From NCBI GenBank assembly GCA_030390025.1, contig CM059428.1, forward strand, positions 74,524,001 through 74,588,000: a DNA stretch of 64,000 bases, written 5' to 3'. Of this stretch, positions 50,271 to 64,000 are shown piece by piece; within the stretch, counting starts at the first letter, position 1, and each line of letters starts with the position of its first letter. The notes beneath the pieces were generated by a model. It saw only the letters and a program-made list of their open reading frames with translations, made no database searches and had not been told where the DNA came from. The position numbers and the translations under genes were made by a program. The stretch is from Squalus acanthias. Its lineage: Eukaryota.

Positions 50271-51863
50271 CCAGTAAAGTATTAATCTTAACCGATCACT
50301 TGCCTTTCATATTTGATCAATTATTAATTATGGACTGACCTTACTGTCACGGCCTGTTGCTGGGAAATGTGGTTCAGAACATTTTAATAAAGTAAATACA
50401 GTTTCGTCAAACCCACTCTTTGTATTATCACTTTTCAACCCCCCCCCCCCCCCCCCAATTCTAAAACAGTAAATTCCATCGCTTCCCTTACTCTGTTCAG
50501 TCGGGTGCTGCCGCTGAAATCTCCCACATCTCGGCGAGACCACCAATGGGATCCTCGTTTTATGTTGGAAGGGGGGTTCACCTTAAATTTTATAATGTAA
50601 TATTCGGTCTGATATCCCGCTGCCGCTTCTGTTTCAAACTGACGCGAACACAAACACTAGTGGACTGTCGTCCCATCCCGATTGTCGTTTTTTAACGTAG
50701 AATAATTGATGTCGCTATCGGCTCACCTTTTTTGATTAGTCGATATGTTTGATTTATTTAATCCGGTTCAGTGATGTTCCTTTACATTCATTAACGCTTT
50801 ATGAGAGTCAACAGTCCGGAGAATTACACATTAATTAAACCTTCGTTTAAAAAAAAAATTAAATACTAATAGATCCGGTGCTATTTGTTTGTGTATTTCG
50901 ACCATAAATTGTGCTTTAATCTATGTTAAAAAAATCAACGTAACCTAGTTTCAATGTTCGTATTTCTATTCGCAATTAATCCCCCAAGAAAATAATTGTC
51001 AACGTGTGGGGTATAATCTCTACGTAATAAACTGATGCAATTTGTAAAAATACATTGACTATAGAATGATAACATTCCAGTTTTGAAACTCAAAAGGCAT
51101 TTATTTAGCGTTACACATTTTCAGTACATTATGGGGTTTAATTTGCAGTCTTTTGTGTTGAAATATTTACCCATCCCGTTAGTACAAAGATTTGCCGAGA
51201 TCATTGAAATTGAGAGGCTCGGTCAGCCCCAGGTGCACGAATGCTGACAGACCTGAAGGAAGGTCTTGTCGAATCCACGGCCCGAGGCTGACGGAGCCGA
51301 TCGGTTTCAGAGCCCGAGACCAGCTCTGTTGGCGGGTCCTCAGGTCAGAGTCTGTGCATCAAGCTGAGCGCTTAAAAACTCTCCTGTTCGGAAATCAGTT
51401 TTCTGCTCTTGAAATTAAACTGCAAAACTTGCCAGGCTTTGTTTTGGAATTATGCTCCCTCCCCCCGAGTATCTCACTGTTACATTTCAAAACAACAGGC
51501 GCTTAAGAAAGATTGTGCTCTGTGAATGTTGAAAATTCATAGGCACAGTTACTGGGACCGATATGATCACAATTGCTTTCCAAAGTATAAGTTATTAAAG
51601 CTAAACTACAGAAAAAGTCTACCACGGAGTTTGTCTTCTCCAAAGTTGGGGAATTTCCCGATCTGACCTGGCTCCTAGCAGCTCGTGCTTATCGGTGAAT
51701 GTCGCGCTTCCCATTTCGCCCTCGATGCCTTACCTGAGACTTAAGACCCGCTTAACTGTTTCGCTAAGAATATTTCTTGCCGATTCAATTATCGGGCTTC
51801 TGTCGTTTTATGTGCATTGCTCATATAAAATAGTATGTTTTTGTTGCTTACTTTATCTTCCAG

Positions 51864-52018
51864 GCGCATGTTCCCCTTCCTGAGTTTTAATATCTCTGCC
51901 CTAAATCCGACATCTCATTACAACGTGTTTGTGGAGGTCGTGCTGTCCGATCCCAATCACTGGCGATTTCAAGGAGGAAAATGGGTGACTTGCGGGAAAG
52001 CTGACAACAACATTCAAG
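51864..52018 (+). CDS. EOMES: Eomesodermin exon 2 (155 nt)
   Basis: Acceptor TTCCAG/G; [10 protein letters not shown]...[23 protein letters not shown]; donor G/GTGCGT. Confidence 0.96.
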
Positions 52019-52369
52019 GTGCGTGTGACCGCTCAAAATGTGCAGCCCCTCGTCCCCGTGGATGGTGTAAATTGCAGTCTGTTTGCACATGTAATTGCGT
52101 CCCGGTTACTCTATGTTTAGAGGCAAGGCCGCATAAAGTTGTACTTTCATCAGATTTGGACACACATCTCCCCCAAATGTCAGTTTGTTCCGGAATGTGT
52201 TCATTGTTATGAATGCCTGATAGTAAATTACTGGAGAAAAGTTATGTTGTAGGTGGCACTTTCAAAGCCCCAATTTCTCTGTGTCGGTATTGGTTTAACA
52301 AGTTATATCTTGAAGGTATTAATACCACAAGAATTTAGCATACTCCCCCTCCCAAGCATGTACTTAAAA

Positions 52370-52450
52370 TAAGAACAGAAGATGCTGGAATCACTCAGCA
52401 TCTGTGAAGAGGGAAATAGAGTTCACGTTTCAGGTCGGTGATCTTTCATA
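52370..52450 (-). mobile_element. Penelope terminal-repeat fragment with degenerate hammerhead, intron 2
   Basis: Reverse strand ATGAAAGATCACCGACCTGAAACGTGAACTCT resembles 27783-27815. Confidence 0.6.
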
Positions 52451-54248
52451 CTTCAATTGCCAATACGCTTTGAACAGACAAAACTTTTTTAAATCTTATT
52501 CTTCCTAACCGATTGCATATAACAAGATGCTCCTGTACGAGTCCGTGGTGCTGTTTATAAACCGACTTAAGATCAGAATTTCCAGCGCAGAATGATCCCA
52601 TGGCGCCTGTGCCGCTCCTAGCACTTCAACCGAAGTTATCCCTTGCCCTTTTTCCGTCTATTACAATAACCTGCGTTTTAACGTAGTAAAATGACCCACT
52701 TCCCTTCACAGGGGCGATTATCAATCGTGTTTGATTTACATGGAGAAGATGCTGACCGTATGGGGTAAAATAAAGGCGCGTTTTTATCAGACCTTTGAGA
52801 ATCAGCTCTCATCCAGAAATCGCCTGTGACTTTTCCACTGTATTTTGAGTTGCCTATTTGGTTCTGAATTCAGTTTTTTTAATGTTGTGTATTTAAGTAT
52901 ACAAAAAAAGTTAGGTTGATTGTTTATTTCCGTCTCTATGAAAACCACCTGACATTGACACCTAGGTAACTGAAAAGGGAACACTCCCCATAATCATACT
53001 AGGACGATTTGGAGTTGGACCAATAGACTGGCACTCAAGAGGAGGGCACCACTAATACAAATGGTCCAATCAAACCAAAAAGTTTGCTATGAAATCATGA
53101 TCGGTTTACTTCATCGGTGATCCAGGTGTCCGCCGGTAGCGGGAGCCTTTAAACTCCCCAGTAGACACCGGGTTATCGCGTTCCAGGGTCACCCCCGCGA
53201 TCATTCTTCTAGGTCTCGGTTTGCGAACACAGTTTCAAAAACTTTTAATCTGCACAGGGGATTCACTTCTTTACTTTAATTTGTGCACGTTGGACATGTG
53301 CAGCTTTCAAATGTGTTGCGCATTAAGCGGACAGGTCCTTGCTTTATTTATACCGTACTTAGGCAAAGTATGCAGGTTTTCTAAGTAGTGCAACTATAAT
53401 TTTGAATATTACATTAATTTAAATTGTCTGAACAATGCGACTTTCTAATGTACAGACAAAATCAGTATGAAATCCCCCCCCCCCCCCTCTACAACCGGCA
53501 TGTAATATTCAAAATTATAGTCGCACTACTTAGAAAACGTGCAATTCTGCACAAATGGTGGGTGTGTGATTGATGAGCTGCTATCCAAAGCAAACGTCGA
53601 TATCCCTGCAATGCTATTCAGATGCTGTACCTTTAAAATTCGGTGTTTTTCCTCTTCTCTGAGACAAGTAGACAGCACAACTGCAGTTTTGTCCGATTAC
53701 ACTTTATACAGAAATGTAACGGGGTTGTGGATGAACGAGAGTCACTACAGCCGGGTGTAAATATCGGGGTTTGTTTTTGCACAGGGGTCAGTAACGGCAA
53801 TGTACAGGCTGCTTACATATCAGCAAAGTGACACCTGAACAAAGAATTAGGTCCATAACTCCTCATCCAAACCAAGATGTTAAAAGTGCAGCCTAGTGAA
53901 AGTTGGTTCCTTGAACTTGTGTCAGGTTGAATGTGAAAGGATTCAATTGGGATGTGAGGCTGTGGAGTCAGGGTGGGGTAAAGACATGCCTTCTAACGAT
54001 TCTTCTTTCCGAATAACGTGAACTAGTTTTATTAATAACAGATCGGATAAGCTGGGTCGTAGACGTCTGCACAGATGAAATTAAAATTCAGTATTTAAAA
54101 GATCCAGTCTCCTTGTCAATGTCACCTTAATTGGTTACTCAAAATGACAAATAGACACTCGGTTTTCAAACTGAAATTAACACAAAACCTTCATTCAATG
54201 TCACTAACTTGTTCCTCACAACGTTGTCTTTCGTTTTATTTCTTCCAG

Positions 54249-54370
54249 GTAACAGATCTTATGTTCACCCTGAGTCTCCAAACACTGGGGCTCACTGGAT
54301 GAGACAAGAGATATCCTTTGGGAAACTTAAACTGACTAACAACAAGGGTGCAACTAACAACAGCACTCAG
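54249..54370 (+). CDS. EOMES: Eomesodermin exon 3 (122 nt)
   Basis: [40 protein letters not shown]; CAG acceptor, GTGAG donor. Confidence 0.96.
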
Positions 54371-54471
54371 GTGAGGCAGTAAAGGCAGGCTACACCTCTC
54401 TCCAATGTGTTAGACTGAAACTAAGCCTGTGTGGAGAATGTGTGACAGTTGCATGTTTTTCATTCTTACAG

Positions 54472-54630
54472 ATGGTGGTGTTGCAGTCCTTGCACAAATA
54501 CCAACCCCGGCTTCATATAGTGGAGGTGAATGAAGATGGTGCAGAAGATATAAGTGACTCTACGAAAACTCAAACTTATACCTTCCCAGAAACGCAGTTC
54601 ATTGCCGTGACTGCCTACCAGAACACTGAT
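54472..54630 (+). CDS. EOMES: Eomesodermin exon 4 (159 nt)
   Basis: [19 protein letters not shown]...[11 protein letters not shown]; CAG acceptor, GTAAGT donor. Confidence 0.96.
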
Positions 54631-54665
54631 GTAAGTGTAATTTATTCCAGATTTTGAATTGTTAA

Positions 54666-54779
<114 letters not shown>

Positions 54780-54891
54780 TAAGTATATGCTTTCAGTATA
54801 ATAACTTTGAATTGAGGTAAATTTTCCCTTTTAAATCTCGCTTTTTCATGGTGAGTTGGTCAACGTTCTATTCCCTTTTTTAACTCCTCAG

Positions 54892-55621
54892 TATGTTCAC
54901 TGCTCCAGAGAATGACAGATTGACCCCTTCTCCCACGGACTCACCCCGATCCCATCAGATAGTGCCTGGGGCCCGTTACACCGTTCAGCCTTTCTTCCAG
55001 GATCAGTTTGCCAACAGCATACCATCAGCCCGGTTCTACAATGGCGAACGAGCAGTGCCCCAAACGAGCGGCATCTTGTCACCCCAACAGACCGAGGAGT
55101 CCAGCAACCCTCCCCAGAGGTGGTTCGTCACCTCTGTACAACAGCCTGGCACCAACAGGTTGGATTTTACCTCTTACGACACAGATTATGCTACCAATGC
55201 CTTGCTGCCCTACGGTCTCAAACCTCTACCCATCCAATCTGCTCATTCTCTGAGCTACTATCCTGACCCAACATTTGGCTGGAGCTCCAGGAGTTCCCAG
55301 TACCAGAGAAAGATAGCCTCTGGGCTAACATGGTCCTCCAGAACGAGCCCATCAACTTTCCCAGAAGACCAAGTGTTGTCCACTGAGGAAAAGTCAAGAG
55401 AGGAAGCCAACTCGCCCTGGATTGAAACCCCTCCATCCATCAAATCCATGGACTCAGACTCTGGACTCTATGAAAATGCCTGCAAGAGAAGAAGGGTCTC
55501 AGCTGGCAATTCTAGCACTGAAAACTCCCCAACAATCAAATGTGAGACAATTACTTCTAAAGAGTATAGCAAGGATGGCGCAAAAGCGATGGGCTATTAT
55601 ACTTTCTACACCAGCCCTTAG
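54892..55621 (+). CDS. EOMES: Eomesodermin exon 6 (730 nt coding, to TAG)
   Basis: MFTAPENDRLTPSPTDSPRSHQIVPG...WIETPPSIKS...ENSPTIKCE...MGYYTFYTSP; exon phases sum to 1980 nt. Confidence 0.96.
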
Positions 55622-56160
55622 AGTATTCATGTGAAGTTTGCCTGTATATATCCAATCCATTCACCAAATGTCGAGATGGTCTTACGAGTGCCAAAAAGAC
55701 TAAAGTTTCCTTCCACCTTAAGAACTGATCTTGTACAGTCTACTAGTGCAATCAAATTTTTAAGAAGGTGCCAAAGCTTTCTGATGCTGTAAGCAACAAG
55801 ATGGACATATTCTAGCTAAGCCTGTCCTCAATGTGATGTCCCATAATATATAGTATTAATTTTAGAAGGAATTTCTTCGCGGGGGTTGGGGGGGGGGGGG
55901 GTGGGGTGGGCTTAAATACCAGATTGACTTTTACCATATGTGGTTTTATTTATTTGATGATACAATGATGTACAGTTCCTGTTCTGTATAGTCTACTGTA
56001 GAATAGGTGCGGTATGGTGTAAAAGAAGATGACAGTGTTAGTTCGATGAATAAAACCCAGTCCTTTCCAGTTCCATCAGTATGTACAGATTAAGCAAAAA
56101 CAGCTCTTTTCAAGCATTAAATTTTTCAAAAGCAATAAAGTAAGACTGGATCATACTGCA
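55622..56160 (+). promoter_or_regulatory. EOMES: EOMES 3'UTR with candidate poly(A) signals
   Basis: AATAAA at 56049-56054 and 56134-56139; true 3' end not determined. Confidence 0.65.
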
Positions 56161-59100
56161 AATTTCAACTTTTGAAGGGATGCTGTGAGTAAGGAACTAA
56201 TGTACTTGTAGAGTCTTGATAAATGCATAACTAATGCACTTATAGTTCTGACCATTTCCCATCTGTCATTCACATACCAGAAATAGAATACTGCAAAACT
56301 TGTTGGCAAGTTAGTTATGTGTTTATCAGGCTTCAGGTGGCCATTTGATTGTAATTTTGGAAATTAAAGTCTCACATATAAATGAAATTCTTCATAAAGA
56401 AATGGCGCATTTTATAGTGTCAGCATATATGTACCATCGGTTTAAAAAAAAGACTTTTGGCATTATCAAACATTTTTCAATGTGTGCAATCATTCTGTGT
56501 ATACGTGCTGAAGTGAGACAATTTTAAAACTCCCTACAGTCATCAGACCAAGAGTCTAAAATAGTCTTGAAATGTACTTTGCTACGTGTTTTAAGAAAAC
56601 AAATCAGGGCTTCATTGAAAGATCGTGTCCATGTGTGGTCTCTACAAAATAAAGCACCAGATCCTGAAGAATTGGTCAAAACGCAGTGTACTGAAATCCC
56701 ATCATTGACAATGCATTCACAGACCGGCTCCACGAAAAATGATGAGCTCACTGACATTTCGAAGGCTCCCTCACGAATTTTTGGGCCGATGTGTCTAAAA
56801 ATCGCGAGAAGGCAAGAAAATCGGAGAACAAGAAATAGCGAAAAGTTTCTGGAATATTTTTGACGGTTTGGACAATCATACGAGAGAATTCCGAATAAAA
56901 AAGTACTGTAAGCCTGTCTCCTTTTTGATGGTGAAGGTTAATTCTGGCAGTTTACACGGAGAAGAAAGCAATCAGGATGCATAATCTCAATAACTAGAAA
57001 TGTTGACATTTAATTATTTTCCACAATTAACACTACATTTAGATTGTAGCTCACAGACACGTTAACATGCCACAGTTAGCTGAGGCTGACGACTATCTTT
57101 TTTGTTTTAAACGACATCATTATCTAAAACATTTACCTGCTGCACTTTTTTTTGTGAAATGAAAAGCAGGCTCGGTATAAGTTAATATTTCTTTATCCGG
57201 TTTGACCAGCACGAAATCTCTGCCGCTTTGCAATATCACCTCCATTACAGTCATACATTCAACCGGCAGTCTCGCAGTTGCAAACTTGTGACAAGCTTCT
57301 TCGTTTATTTTTCTACTTAAATGTGTTATAATGCCAGTATCGTATTCTTTGTATTTTCTTTTTGGTTTGCACTCTCCCAAGACATTTATAGTTAAGTCAA
57401 ATGCATATGAACCGCATTGAAGGTCAGATTTACAATAGTGTAAAACCACGCCAACAGTAGTAGGAGATGTAAAGCGACAATGCAGCTTTTGCAATATTGA
57501 AAGGTTCTGGTAATGCCACCAACGTAGTTCATTGTGAATTCAGTCCGCGCCCAGCAACCTGACTTTTATTTTGTTTGATAAAGGCTATATAAATGCAAAT
57601 GTTGTTGTTGTCTCCAAACGCCGCCTTGTGGAGGATCGGAAGGTTTGCAGATTGGAAACAAAAGACAGAAAACTGAAGCCCTAGCGCCAAACGTTACCGA
57701 GCAAGCCAGGCCACCAATGGATTCAGTGTAATGCAATACTTTTCAAATACCAGCTCGCACATTTTTTTTCCCAGTTTAGACGCATACGTTTACACAGTCT
57801 GATCGGTATTCGTGTCGTGAGTTACAGTGAAAATGGTCAATAGATACAATACCGGACTCAAGGTTAACGCTGGCATTCTGGAAACTTAACGCCACATTTA
57901 GATATTTGAATAAAATGGACCTTTACACGTCTTAATTCGATGTTAAGCCTTACTGGTGTAGCACTGTCGGGTGAAGCGGTGGCTGTCCAGTTATCAATCT
58001 TGAACCATTAAAAAAATGGTCCAATATAATAAATCACCGCAATAAACCGAGCATAATTACGAGGGTCCATCCGAAACCTGAGGGTATATTTATCTATTTT
58101 TATAATGTTTCAGAAATAATTAGAGGATAAGAAGTGCTGTAGCTTAGCTGAATGTGAATGCGTGTGTGGGATCCCCAGTAAACTTCGCTCCTGTCGACAA
58201 ACCACTCCGATTTCCCGCTGTGTGTTCGCACCGGTCGATGCCTGTCCCCTATCTTGAGTTGGAGACCGGTCCTGGTATCTGATCCTTGGGCTCGGACACC
58301 CGACCTCAACGACAGGTCAATCCTAATGTTTGAAATACGAGAAAGGTGCAGCGGAGTGACCAACCTTCAAAATAAAAAAGGACAGATTCATGTCTGCGGC
58401 CCATCAGAACCAGAGTACTTTTTTTTTATCGCCGTAGCTTTTCTTTCGAGGATGAGAACTTTTTATTGGAAATTTTCGGTTTAAATACAAAAAACGAGTG
58501 CTTGTGTGACCCCGAGTTCATTTCTTCAACTAGCACAACAATACATCAAAAACAATTGCGGGAATTAACAACATTTCTGGGCTTTTTTTTGTTGTTTTGA
58601 TTTTAACATAACTGCACAGTTTCTTAATGCGTTTTCGGGGTTTTGTTTTTCTGGCGAGATGTTGCACGGGCATGGGCTGTCAGTGTCACGGAAACTGCAC
58701 CCACTATAGGAAAATCGAAGGGCGATACATTCACACAGATGTGGATTTGAAACTTTAAAATTTTATAAATAAAGGAATGCATCTCTACTCTATTTCTGAA
58801 GTATATCTGTATTTTTGTTTAAATTGAAGTGTATTACATAAAATTGAAATGCCGTGGCTAATTCTGAGAACCTTTTCATTTCATTCACTTTGCCTGAAAC
58901 TGAGGTGTTGCATGTACCTGGTTTAATCGCGACGGAGACCAGCGATTCTGAAATACAACATCTACAGATTGGTAAAACACCTCAGTATCGCTGCAAAAAA
59001 TATGAATCATTCAGTTCTGAGAAATCAGACGACTTTTGAAGAGATGAAAAGAAAATGAAACTTATAATATCTGATTTATAAGAGCTGAGCCTGGCATATT

Positions 59101-62100
59101 CGACAGATGTGTCGATATTTACACTTTTATGTGGATATTTTACACCCAGTTATTCCCCGACGCTGCCTTCTCTCAAACGCTGTACATTTCCGTATTATCT
59201 GGAACAGCCAACTCAAAGTTATGGTGTATTGACATCAATATTAGAAATTATACGTAATTTAATAAGCCATGTTCACTGTCGTCTTGGTTCTAGACTTAAG
59301 GCACAGGAAATAGTATAAAAATCGGAACATCGATTCTCCCTCTGTACACTTTAAAAGGAAGTGCAAACCAATTATATATACACTGGAAACTATTCTAAAC
59401 TGTTCACATGCTTTATAGACGCAGATTCGGCTTACAGCTGTAGTGTTCCCACTTACTGTGCTAGAAAGTTGTTGCATTTAACACCAAGTTCCTTTTTAAC
59501 TAATTTCAATTAACACCCGAGAATTAGGAAGACATTCTAAAACGTGAGTGTCAGACTCCTAATTGTAAACGGATCCTTTTAATTGAGTCTAAAACAAGAA
59601 TTTTAATAAACGATTCTGAATATTAATGTTTATTATCCAAGGCATTGTTTACAAGTCAGCCCCAAAGTTGACCGGAAATGAATACGATTCCCTCAAACTT
59701 TACTCGAAAGATTATTCTGAAGTAGTTGATATTTTGCGGGCTGTTAAATGACCTCCTGGGTCAATGCACTAACTTCGGATTGATAGTGAAACTGTATATC
59801 TGACGTTTGTACTGATGTGATAAAAATCTCCTGCATCAGAGATACATTGTATACTAGTTATACGACAGCAACTCTTAACATAAGGGATCCTTTCGTGGGT
59901 TTGACTGTGTCTAGGATGAAAACTACTTCTCCCGGTGCCACTTGTAGTTGGGTCAGTCGGCTTCGAGCTGGTCCCGTTGACCTTTCAGCCCACGTGTCCA
60001 GGCCATCAATGGCGAAAGTGCGTTGCTTGTATGATATGAAAGTCTGAGAGACATCGAGGAAGGTTCCTGTCATAACAGCGTTGTGAACGTGACCTTGCAC
60101 AGAGCGCGAAATTTGGATGTGCTCAGTTGCTTTGATGTCAAGCTCGCAAATCATGTGCGTGCCCATTTTCCTTCCTGCTGCCTTGTCCGATCCCTAGTTT
60201 AAATAAGACAACTTGCCAACAACTGGGCCGGCTCAATTGCGCAGTACTTCCTATTGGAAGTCAGTCCAGATTGCGGAGTATCGCTGCTTGCACTGCAGCA
60301 CCGGGTCAACATTGAATTTCTGCGGAGTGAGCAATAACGGTTCTTTTTAATTTTTCCTAATTTTTTGTTTCAGTTCTCCTCTGGTTTCCCTCTTTTTAAC
60401 GCAGTGCCGTGGTATGTTATAGTGGACACCGTATAAAGCTAAATATTCATGCATCGTTCCCTTACCAAGTAAGGAATCAACGATGAAGTAGTAGTGCCGT
60501 GCACCCGCTTGCCCTAGTTGAACCATCCATGTACATAACTAGAGGCTATCACAGAACTCCACATTCCTTATTCTATAGACAATTCCTGAACAAAGCATAA
60601 CTTTTGAATGGGGAAGCCTGGTCGTGAGTATAAAATGCTGCATGATTATTTCGTTTTGATGCCCAATACAAAAGAAATCTACCACAAAATAGTGGCATAT
60701 TTTAGAATCCCAGCAATCTTTTGGGTCTGCTACTTTTCTGAGAGCTTTTGAACCAGAAAACTGATTTTGTGAATTGTCAGGATTCAACTATCCTTACACA
60801 ATTATCCTAAAAAAAGTGCACTCTACAGATTATTTATGATTGCATGCTTTCATGTCATCGCTCAGCACCAAAGCTACTATTTTGCATTGCTAACTACTTT
60901 TATAATTACTCTGTCATATCATTTTAAATAAATTTCAAGTTTTGCTGGTGTATATTAAAATTAATGATATTACTCTCATCACATGAAAATCACGCATAAT
61001 ATTTCCTAGGGTTTCTTTTTTAAGGTAAACCATACCTAATATCAGAATCTCACTTACAAGAGAATACTTCCTATCAGATCAGGTAACTAGGAGCTAATTT
61101 CTCAGCCATTGTTTTGGATTTTTGCACACATCTGTGACTTGAATAAAACTAAATAGATTTCTAACCTGAAGAGATTCACCTCCAAAATTAAGCTATTTAT
61201 TATCCAATTTCATTAAACAGGAAAAAACATACATGTTTCTGCAGATGTCATTCTTACAGCAAAAGAAATGGAAGTTTTTTTCCTGATTTTTCTCTTTTTG
61301 TCCCAACCTGACTCATGCTGGGTAACAGTTGTACAGATGCCAGCAGCTTCTAGTGTTTCATAAAGTAGGGATTTTTTCATGCTTATGAATGGGCATTATG
61401 TGGTGAGAAGATCAGTGTTTGGCACAGAAGAGGAAAGTCAACCTCTGGGAGGGGGAAGAGAAAGTAGAGTTCCATCTGTGGTCAAAAGAGACAGTGAGGC
61501 TAAGGAAGTCAATAGATAAATAAAGGCTAAAGATGGAGTCATCAACGATAAGAAGTGGTAGCTATTGATTAGACTTACAACAGATATGGAGAAACTATGC
61601 CTTTGAAGAATTAAAGCTTTCAAGAAAGGCAAGAATGTGTCTCAAGTTGTGAACTACACACATACATAAGTATCAATGTATGCTTTAGTTCTTACTAGAA
61701 CATTGTTTTCTATTTTTTGCCTTTATTTTTTTAATTTTAAAAGTTTTATATTAGTTGACGTAACAAAAGGGTAGAGCTGGAGACAACTATGATAAGGGAA
61801 GATATCTGACAACATATCTTGGTGGTTGCTGAAAGCACAGAAAGACTTGGAGAATTTGTACTAGGCTACCAGCAGGCAAGTCACAGATGTTCTATATGTG
61901 GCCCAGCGATTAACACAGCAGCTATTCAGGCACTTTGTGTGAGACAAATGCTAGTGCTATTGGGATCCTGTAACATGGATGCTACACAGCCAGCTGCAAG
62001 ACAAATGTGAAACTGCCAGCATTTGCTAAAAAAAAACTGGAAGACCCACTTTTAGCGGTTCTTGTGACAGCATTAGTACAATGTAAAAGCATCTTTCGCT

Positions 62101-62709
62101 AACTCTGTACTTGAACATCTGCACAAAAGAGACAGTTACAGGTGACAGCACAGTCTGGGAGTGTTACATAAGCAGGAGAGAAGGTGTGGGAAGCCTCACA
62201 AGTGGAATTCACTCAAGGCCATTTTACAATTCCTCCCCTATTTTTGAAAGTGCTGACTCACCCTGCAGCACAGCTCCAAGGGCACTGAGTGGGGAGTATT
62301 CGAGGCTGAGCTCAATCCTGTGCACACAGGTGCACTGTCCAGCAATGGTTACTGGATAGAAATCAGGAGCTGATTATTTTTCTCCACCCTAGCCAAGGAA
62401 GCCAATTGTAATGCCCCTCCTCTCACCCTGGTTGCGATCAGCTAATTCAGAATGGAAGTCAATTCCGTGACCTTTTGGTCATTATTGCTTAATGCTAGAC
62501 CAGGCGATGCTTTTACTTACTCCCAGAGGGAGAATGATGCTGAATGCTTGCTTTTTTATTATTTATTCTCTGTTTATTATTTTAGTTGGTCAGGAAGCGT
62601 TTGTCAAGTGTTCTGACACTGTCATTGTTTTGGTGCATCCATGATACTGGGACAATGGGTTCCCAGTGGGAATCTCCTTTTATATTTATGTTTATATTGT
62701 TAAGGAGGA

Positions 62710-63045
62710 AGAAAGAAAGACTTGCATTAATACAGAGCCTTTCCTGACCTCAGTATGTCACAAAGCTTTACAGCCAATGAAGTACTTTTGAAGTGTAGTC
62801 ACTGCTGTAATGAAGGAAATGCGGCAGCCAATTTGCGCACAGTAAGCTTCTACAAACAGTAATGTGATAATGACCAGATAATCTGTTTTTTAGTGATGTT
62901 GGTTGAGGGACAAATATTGGCTAGGACACCAGGGAGAATTCTCCTGCTCTTTTTCAAAATAGTCCCATGGGATATTTTACATCCACTCGAGAGGGCAGAA
63001 GGAGCCTTGGTTTAACGTCTCATCCAAAAGACGGCACCTCCAAAG
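62710..63045 (-). mobile_element. Deu-domain SINE, headless
   Basis: Reverse-complement match to ~47850-48165. Confidence 0.8.
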
Positions 63046-64000
63046 GAGCATTCGAGGCGTTCCGAACAGGCCAGGCTCAATCAGAGGCAGACTGCTTCCA
63101 CTTGTCGGTACCCTCCCACCCACATTTACACCACACTTGCACCTACTTTGAAATTACTTTGCAGAACTGGCTGCACATCTCCGAGGCAACAGCTGGCCTG
63201 ACGCCAGTACATTTGCAGTTAACAGGAGCCCATTCATAGAAGCATAGAATCATAGAATGGTTACAGCACGGAAGAAGGCCATTTGGCCCGTCGAGCCCAT
63301 GCCGACTCTCAGCTAGTCAGAACACTTGACAAAAGATTCCTGACCAAATAAAATAATAAACAGGAAATAAATATTTAAAAAAAGCAAAGAAAAAGATCTG
63401 AAATAGCCTAAAAGTGCTGCTACAAACCTTACTGTAAGATCTGAAATATGCTCCCATAAGCAGCGTATTCTAACACTGGTGAGTTCCTCTGGTGCCAGTA
63501 CAAAACCCAATCAGAAAATTAGCTGGGGTGCTAAATGGACGGTAATCTGGCATAACAGTTCTCCTCCCATTTTTTCCGATTGGTTAAATCGACATTATAT
63601 CTATTAATTGGAACTGCCAACAGCAGTAACGGTTAGCTGTGCCTGGTGGTGTAGTGATAATTTTAGAAGCGGGTATATTGTACACCTAAGTGTAATTTTG
63701 GAGCATGCTGTCGAAGAAAATTTTCATTTTTGACACTTCATTTGTTGCATTTTACAGCAGTAATGGTGAATCTTGTGTGTTGTGGTACTAATAGTGAAGT
63801 ATACAATAGATTCTTGACTTGCTTCAAGTTGTTTCTTGTTATAACAAACACTTTGGTTTCAGAATGAATCAGTGAACAATCATCCCTCATCTACTTTGTG
63901 AACAAATAATTTACTTTCAAAAATTGCCTTTTTAGTCTTTAAATAACTATTGCTTATTTTATTTATCTCCAAAATCAGTTCAGACGAGAAATAACACATG

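Noticed and set aside
59858-60166. 102-aa minus-strand ORF downstream of EOMES
   Set aside because: No recognisable domain or splice context; length is compatible with chance. A BLASTP hit or ribosome footprints would reopen it

Overview
Vertebrate genomic DNA, most likely a shark or other cartilaginous fish (inferred from the repeat families). It holds one host gene, EOMES (Tbr2), on the + strand: six coding exons with GT-AG introns from 46231 to 55621, 1980 nt, 659 aa, with a CCAAT/GC-box promoter and a 3'UTR carrying miRNA seed matches. The upstream ~43 kb is a layered transposon field of CR1, L2 and other LINE fragments, Deu-, V- and LF-like SINEs, Penelope fragments, and a Harbinger element with related MITEs. 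Points worth following up: two minimal hammerhead ribozyme motifs 750 bp apart; a young CR1 with an open ORF2, one stop in ORF1 and a doubled 3' module; a compact two-gene Harbinger derivative; arrays of consecutive hairpins; and candidate EOMES enhancers. No clearly new biological system was established. Repeat names come from recalled motifs, not database searches, and boundaries of old repeats are approximate.
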